NCBI GenBank assembly: GCA_937911445.1
Contig: CALDQY010000189.1
Span: forward strand, 185-64,184
Origin: an uncultured Rhodobiaceae bacterium
GTDB taxonomy: Archaea > Thermoplasmatota > Poseidoniia > Poseidoniales > Poseidoniaceae
Length of the DNA: 64,000 bases
Reading direction: 5' to 3'
Positions 59,303 through 64,000 of this stretch are shown piece after piece. Both the position numbers and the translations under genes were made by a program. The notes below the pieces were generated by a model that was not told the DNA's origin, made no database searches, and worked only from the letters and a program-made list of their open reading frames with translations. Numbering within the stretch: the first letter of the stretch is position 1; every line of letters begins with the position of its first letter.

Positions 59303-62026
59303 CTACCGTTTTGCGAATCGATATCCAACTCGTTCGTTCTTTTTCAGCCAAAGAATCGCTGTGTAAGGGTTTCCAGATTTCTTGGCAATCAAATCATCAA
59401 AGGGTCCAATTTCTCCCTTTTCAATCAGCTGTTTCGCTTCCTCTCGCGTTATTTCTCGCTTTGAGATTTCACGAGCTATATCTATTTTACAACCGCTTGC
59501 ACTTGTTTTTGGTCGGAAGTGCGTCTCAGTTTCGTAGATTTCCGCACCATGCTTTGGACAAACTGCTACGACGCCAGGTGTAACCTCAAATCGACGTGAA
59601 TCGGCTGCCGCTTCTCGTGGAGGAAATTCAAACCCGACTTTGTTGCCTTCAAGAACAAGATAAGCAGGAAACGGTCGACCGCGACGTGAAATAAAATCTT
59701 CGATGAGTGGGGATTTGCCATCGACCAAAATTGATTTTGCCTCGTCTCTGTTGATTTCTCGCTTACAAATGACCTTACCAACACCTGAAAATTTGCAGCT
59801 TTCCTGATCGCATGCATAATGTGTATCGGTTTCACGAATCGTACCATCGCATTTCGGGCATGGACAGATTGCCTCATCAGAGGTGTTTGCCCGATTACCC
59901 GTCGATTTCGAGGATGAAACTTTTCCTTCATTTGAGATGACAACGGATGTCTCGTAAGCCTCACCATTCCGGTTGAAGAACCCATGCAAATCCATCAACT
60001 CCTTTTGCTCGAGCAGACGTTTCGCCGTAGAACGGTCGAACCAACGTCCGCTCGTATCCTTCCAGAACACAAACGAACATCCTTTTTCCTTCCCTTCATT
60101 TTTCTCGCAGGTATAGGATAGCGCTGTTTCAATAATCCCAGATGCACACTGTGGACAGTTGCCAATTGATTCATCTTGAGCAAACAATTGACTCCGGTCG
60201 TGGTCTCTGACCCTGGTTACCAAATCAGTGGTCTGTTCCACAATGTTTTCCATGTAACTTGAAGCATCCAATTCTCCACGTTGCACTGCTGTTAATGCGG
60301 ATTCCATTTCACCTGTGAGTTCGGCGGATGTGATCCATTCAACTGGGATTCGACGCAGTATTTCGATGATACGAATGCCGTGCGGTGTCGCATTGAGTGC
60401 TCCTGATTGCTGTCGTGAAATATAACCTCGTGAAAGCAATTTCTCAATTGTGTCTGCCCGAGTGGCTGGAGTCCCAAGACCTTTACCTGCCATCGCTTCA
60501 GCAAGATCCTCATCCTCGATATCCTTTCCAGCCTTTTCCATGAGGGATAGAAGTCGTGCTTCCTTGATGCGTGTTGGTGGCTTCGATTTTTCTTCATTCC
60601 ATTCATGGGACGAAATAGAAGCAAGTGGACTCTCCGTTGATAAGGTGCCCCAACCTTCTGGGTGACTGAGTTTCTTTGTCACGACCTCTCTCCAGCCTAC
60701 TGTGGTATATTGTTGGGCTTCTTTGTTGAAAATCTCTCCTCCCAAATCTGCGGTTCTTTTTTGCTTCTCAATGACTGCTTCTCCATACCAGGATGCAATA
60801 AAGTTCCGAACAATCATGTTGTAGAGCCGCTGCTCGTCTTTGGAAAGAGCGGAGGTAGGCAATTTTCCAGTTGGTATAATGGCGAAGTGATCGCTGACTT
60901 TTGCATCATTGAAATTTCGTGCAACATTTTGCATACCATTTTTTGCTAATGTATCAATGAAGCCTGACATCTCATCCAATTGTCCAAGATTGGACAAGGT
61001 TGTGTCAATGGTTCCTTTCATGTCGGTAGGAAGGAAGCGGGAGTCAGTACGAGGATAGGTCGTTAATTTATGGCGTTCGTACAACGCTTGAGCAACATTG
61101 AGCGTTCTCTTAGCCGGCCAAGAAAACATTGAGTTTGCCTGTCTTTGTAGCGTAGTCAAATCAAAATTCAAAGGTGGTCGCTCTTTGCTTGTTGTCACTT
61201 TTTCCATGACAGTGGCTTGTTCACCTGAATCTATGAGCGCTTGAATTCGATCTTTGTCTTCAGGAGTAAGAATCCAATGAGGTTTAGTATCCTCAGTTGC
61301 GGCCCCACCTTCCCATCGACCGGACCATGAACTATCACTACCTTCAAACTGAGCATTGAGGGTCCAAAACGGTGTAGCAATATGTTTCAGGATTTCAATT
61401 TCGTGATCCACAAGAATCGCGAGTGTTGCTGTTTGCACTCGTCCGAGGGAGATACGTTCGGTCCGCTTCTTTGGAAGAAATACCTCAGCAATCCTTGAAC
61501 CGTTCATCCCGATGAGCCAGTCAGCGTAACTACGACTGTAAGCTGCGTCAGCAAGGTTCTGGTACTCTGATGCGGATTTGCGCTCATCCCAAGCACGCTG
61601 TATAGCTTCCGTGGTCATGGATTGAAGCCACATTCGAGATACAGGCGATTTGGATTTCGAGTGTCGGTAAATTGTTTGGAAAATGAGTTCTCCTTCACGT
61701 GCAGCATCACAAGCGTTGACAATCTCTGTAACTGCTTTATCGCTCATCAATTTCTTGACTGCTGTAAGTTGCTTACGTGTCGATCCCGATTTTGGTTTGA
61801 ATTCAAATTCATCGGGAACGAATGGTAAATCAGCCGCAGTTTTTCTCCAATTTTTGAACTCTGGATTGTAATCATCCATGTATTTGAGCTCCAACATGTG
61901 ACCAACGGCCCATGTTACAACAATGTCGTTTCCTGACCAATGTGTTGTTTCCTTTTTGTTTATTTTAAGCACCTTTGCAATATCTTCGGCCACACTAGGT
62001 TTCTCGGCGAGGATAACGATGCTCAT
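59303..62026 (-). CDS. topB: Type IA DNA topoisomerase III with C-terminal Zn ribbons and repeats
   Basis: LAEKPSVA, ACDA.REGELI, SLGRVQT, catalytic TYPRTDS, GLGTPATRA; three C-terminal C..C plus RE(I)...EA..L...G repeats. Confidence 0.9.
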   Translation of the reverse strand: MSIVILAEKPSVAEDIAKVLKINKKETTHWSGNDIVVTWAVGHMLELKYMDDYNPEFKNWRKTAADLPFVPDEFEFKPKSGSTRKQLTAVKKLMSDKAVTEIVNACDAAREGELIFQTIYRHSKSKSPVSRMWLQSMTTEAIQRAWDERKSASEYQNLADAAYSRSYADWLIGMNGSRIAEVFLPKKRTERISLGRVQTATLAILVDHEIEILKHIATPFWTLNAQFEGSDSSWSGRWEGGAATEDTKPHWILTPEDKDRIQALIDSGEQATVMEKVTTSKERPPLNFDLTTLQRQANSMFSWPAKRTLNVAQALYERHKLTTYPRTDSRFLPTDMKGTIDTTLSNLGQLDEMSGFIDTLAKNGMQNVARNFNDAKVSDHFAIIPTGKLPTSALSKDEQRLYNMIVRNFIASWYGEAVIEKQKRTADLGGEIFNKEAQQYTTVGWREVVTKKLSHPEGWGTLSTESPLASISSHEWNEEKSKPPTRIKEARLLSLMEKAGKDIEDEDLAEAMAGKGLGTPATRADTIEKLLSRGYISRQQSGALNATPHGIRIIEILRRIPVEWITSAELTGEMESALTAVQRGELDASSYMENIVEQTTDLVTRVRDHDRSQLFAQDESIGNCPQCASGIIETALSYTCEKNEGKEKGCSFVFWKDTSGRWFDRSTAKRLLEQKELMDLHGFFNRNGEAYETSVVISNEGKVSSSKSTGNRANTSDEAICPCPKCDGTIRETDTHYACDQESCKFSGVGKVICKREINRDEAKSILVDGKSPLIEDFISRRGRPFPAYLVLEGNKVGFEFPPREAAADSRRFEVTPGVVAVCPKHGAEIYETETHFRPKTSASGCKIDIAREISKREITREEAKQLIEKGEIGPFDDLIAKKSGNPYTAILWLKKNERVGYRFAKR

Positions 62027-62107
62027 GTTTTCAATGCGTTTGTCGACTGTACTTGAAGGCTCGCCAGACTTGAAATACAAACAGATAACTTATGTTATCT
62101 GGTGGAT

Positions 62108-62521
62108 TTATTGAGAATTTTTGATGCGATTACGATGCGCTAATTCATTCCAGTTTTCTTCATCATCACGATACCCACAACCGCTGCAGCCTGGATAACC
62201 TGCAAGCAATAATTCAGAACACATCTGGATGAAATCTGTCATCAATTCCTGTACGTCAAACGGTAGCCACAATGCGTTCTCATCGCTCGGAACATCCGCC
62301 CGGAAATCAAACAGATTTTGGCCGTTTCTGACAACAGAAAACGGTCCTGCAGTGATCTCAGGAAATTCCAATCGTTGTGGCATTGAATCTGCCATGTTGA
62401 GAATCAAACGATGCCAGGATGCCACATGAGCTTGGGGGATGTTCAAAATCAAACCCTCCTCAGAAAGAATGCGTCTGCACGCTTCACGAACAGCAAGCCA
62501 TCTTGCAGAATTCTCCTCCAT
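62108..62521 (-). CDS. Hypothetical protein with a CxxC motif
   Basis: 137-aa ORF containing GYPGCSGCG; TTCAAT box 28 nt upstream. Confidence 0.6.
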   Translation of the reverse strand: MEENSARWLAVREACRRILSEEGLILNIPQAHVASWHRLILNMADSMPQRLEFPEITAGPFSVVRNGQNLFDFRADVPSDENALWLPFDVQELMTDFIQMCSELLLAGYPGCSGCGYRDDEENWNELAHRNRIKNSQ

Positions 62522-62572
62522 AAGCCGCCGAGGAAACACAAGGATTGAAGGATATCGGTTCGAGCATTGTCC

Positions 62573-63679
62573 ATGGGCAGGCTCTTTCGCTGGTTTTCAA
62601 AGCCACTTTTGGCCATTCAGGATTCTGAAAAAGCCCACGCACGTTCGCTTCTTATGCTACGCATGGCATCATCAAATCCTGTGTTTCGTGCAGTGCTTCG
62701 CCTACTTTACAAACCAAAGAAAAGTATTCCAACACATTGCTTTGGATTGGATTTTGATCACCCGTTCGGTATTGCAGCAGGTATGGACAAGCGTGCGGAG
62801 GCATTACGTGGGTGGGAATCGATTGGACTTGCCTTCTCTGAGATAGGCGGAGTCACTATGCTCGAGCAGTCAGGTAATCCGAAACCGAGAATGTTTCGTC
62901 ACGGAGCTGATCGCTCCCTTGTAAATCGAATGGGATTCAACAATCCAGGCAGTGAGAAAGTTGCACAGCAACTTCAGCGTTCAGGGCCACAAACAAAACC
63001 GGTGTGGGCCAATCTTGGCAAATCCAAATCGACGCCTCTCGATGATGCGGCATCGGACTATTCCACAACGATGCAGCGTTTGTGGAGCCACATCGACGTT
63101 TTCGTTATCAACGTCTCATCCCCGAACACGCCGGGTTTACGTGATTTACAACATGGCGACCATCTGAAAGAAATTCTCACATCATGCATAGATGTGAACC
63201 GGAAGAATGCCCAACAACAAGGCCGGCCAAAAAAACCACTCTTGATCAAGGTCGCACCAGATCTTTCAACCGACGAACTCGATGCCATTGTGGATACGGC
63301 CATGGCCTGCGGGATTGATGGAATTGTAGCAACAAACACGACGCTAAATCGACCAAATCAGGAACATGACGTCTACAAGCAACAAGGTGGTTGTTCGGGC
63401 TCACCTCTTCGCCAGCAAAGCACGGATATGATTGCTCACATCTATGCCTACACAGAAGGAAAACTTCCCATCGTTGGAGTCGGTGGTATCATGAATGCTG
63501 ATGATGCTTGGGAGAAAATCACCGCTGGAGCAACACTACTCCAAGCCTATGCTGGATTTGTGTTTGAAGGTCCTGGTTTAACGAAGTCAATCGTTCATGG
63601 GTTGCATCGAAAGATGAGACAGCACAACATGAACACACTTTCCGAAGCTGTTGGATTGAACCATCGACAGTCATCATGA
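62573..63679 (+). CDS. pyrD: Quinone-dependent dihydroorotate dehydrogenase (class 2)
   Basis: E.AH, AAG.DK, Q.GNPKPR.FR, NRMGFNN.G, NVSSPNTPGLR, K.APD, TNTT, GVGGI. Confidence 0.93.
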   Translation: MGRLFRWFSKPLLAIQDSEKAHARSLLMLRMASSNPVFRAVLRLLYKPKKSIPTHCFGLDFDHPFGIAAGMDKRAEALRGWESIGLAFSEIGGVTMLEQSGNPKPRMFRHGADRSLVNRMGFNNPGSEKVAQQLQRSGPQTKPVWANLGKSKSTPLDDAASDYSTTMQRLWSHIDVFVINVSSPNTPGLRDLQHGDHLKEILTSCIDVNRKNAQQQGRPKKPLLIKVAPDLSTDELDAIVDTAMACGIDGIVATNTTLNRPNQEHDVYKQQGGCSGSPLRQQSTDMIAHIYAYTEGKLPIVGVGGIMNADDAWEKITAGATLLQAYAGFVFEGPGLTKSIVHGLHRKMRQHNMNTLSEAVGLNHRQSS

Positions 63680-63722
63680 GCAGATATTGAAATACATCGG
63701 TCCAGTCGTGTGAGTTGATTCA

Positions 63723-64000
63723 ATGTTGTCGTATCGCAACCGATTGCTTTTGATTGGTGGTGTTGTCACGATTGCCGTTCTTGGCACGATTTTTCTCCAA
63801 GCACCCGCTCCGACATTGACCGTGGATCAACTGATGGATGACAAGGTCACTCTTATGGATGAAGAGGTTGCGGTTCGTGGTGAAATTCGTGATGGAAGCA
63901 TCAATGAGACGACGATGACTTTCGTATTGGAAGGCTCAGAATTTGACCTGCTTATCGACTACTCAAACGCTGGTTCAATCTCAAACGGTTTAGGTGACAA
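63723..64000 (+). CDS. ccmE: CcmE-like cytochrome c maturation protein (3' end runs off the window)
   Basis: Hand translation MLSYRNRLLLIGGVVTIAVLGTIF...TVDQL...EEVAVRGEIRDGSI...TFVL...IDYS: TM anchor plus OB-fold start; heme-binding motif would lie outside the window. Confidence 0.6.
   Translation, partial: MLSYRNRLLLIGGVVTIAVLGTIFLQAPAPTLTVDQLMDDKVTLMDEEVAVRGEIRDGSINETTMTFVLEGSEFDLLIDYSNAGSISNGLGD

Overview
Gene-dense archaeal chromosomal segment. It has archaeal-type aIF-6, RpoE1/Spt4, S24e/S27ae, AlaRS, ValRS, DtdA and a geranylgeranyl reductase. An unlinked 5S rRNA, large secreted Ca-binding proteins and S8 proteases point to Marine Group II Euryarchaeota (Poseidoniales); this assignment is an inference. 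The window holds a 5S rRNA, tRNA-Ser(GGA), tRNA-Thr(GGT) and about 45 CDS. No CRISPR array, transposase or integrase was seen. The main find is a compact four-gene candidate damage-inducible mutagenesis locus at 29.0-33.6 kb: an arCOG07300-like small protein, PolB2, a degenerate RadA/ImuA-like protein and an intact DinB. Its two upstream regions share a TTCACTTTTC box, and three of its proteins carry clamp-binding-like motifs. Also notable are a ~100-nt highly structured, switch-like leader RNA before the rpoE1-spt4-S24e-S27ae operon and a recurrent non-canonical TATA-like box 28-31 nt before start codons. A PNGase F-like surface lipoprotein and a lipoyl-like domain inside a Ca-repeat surface protein are also present. 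All calls come from motif recognition by eye; no searches were run.
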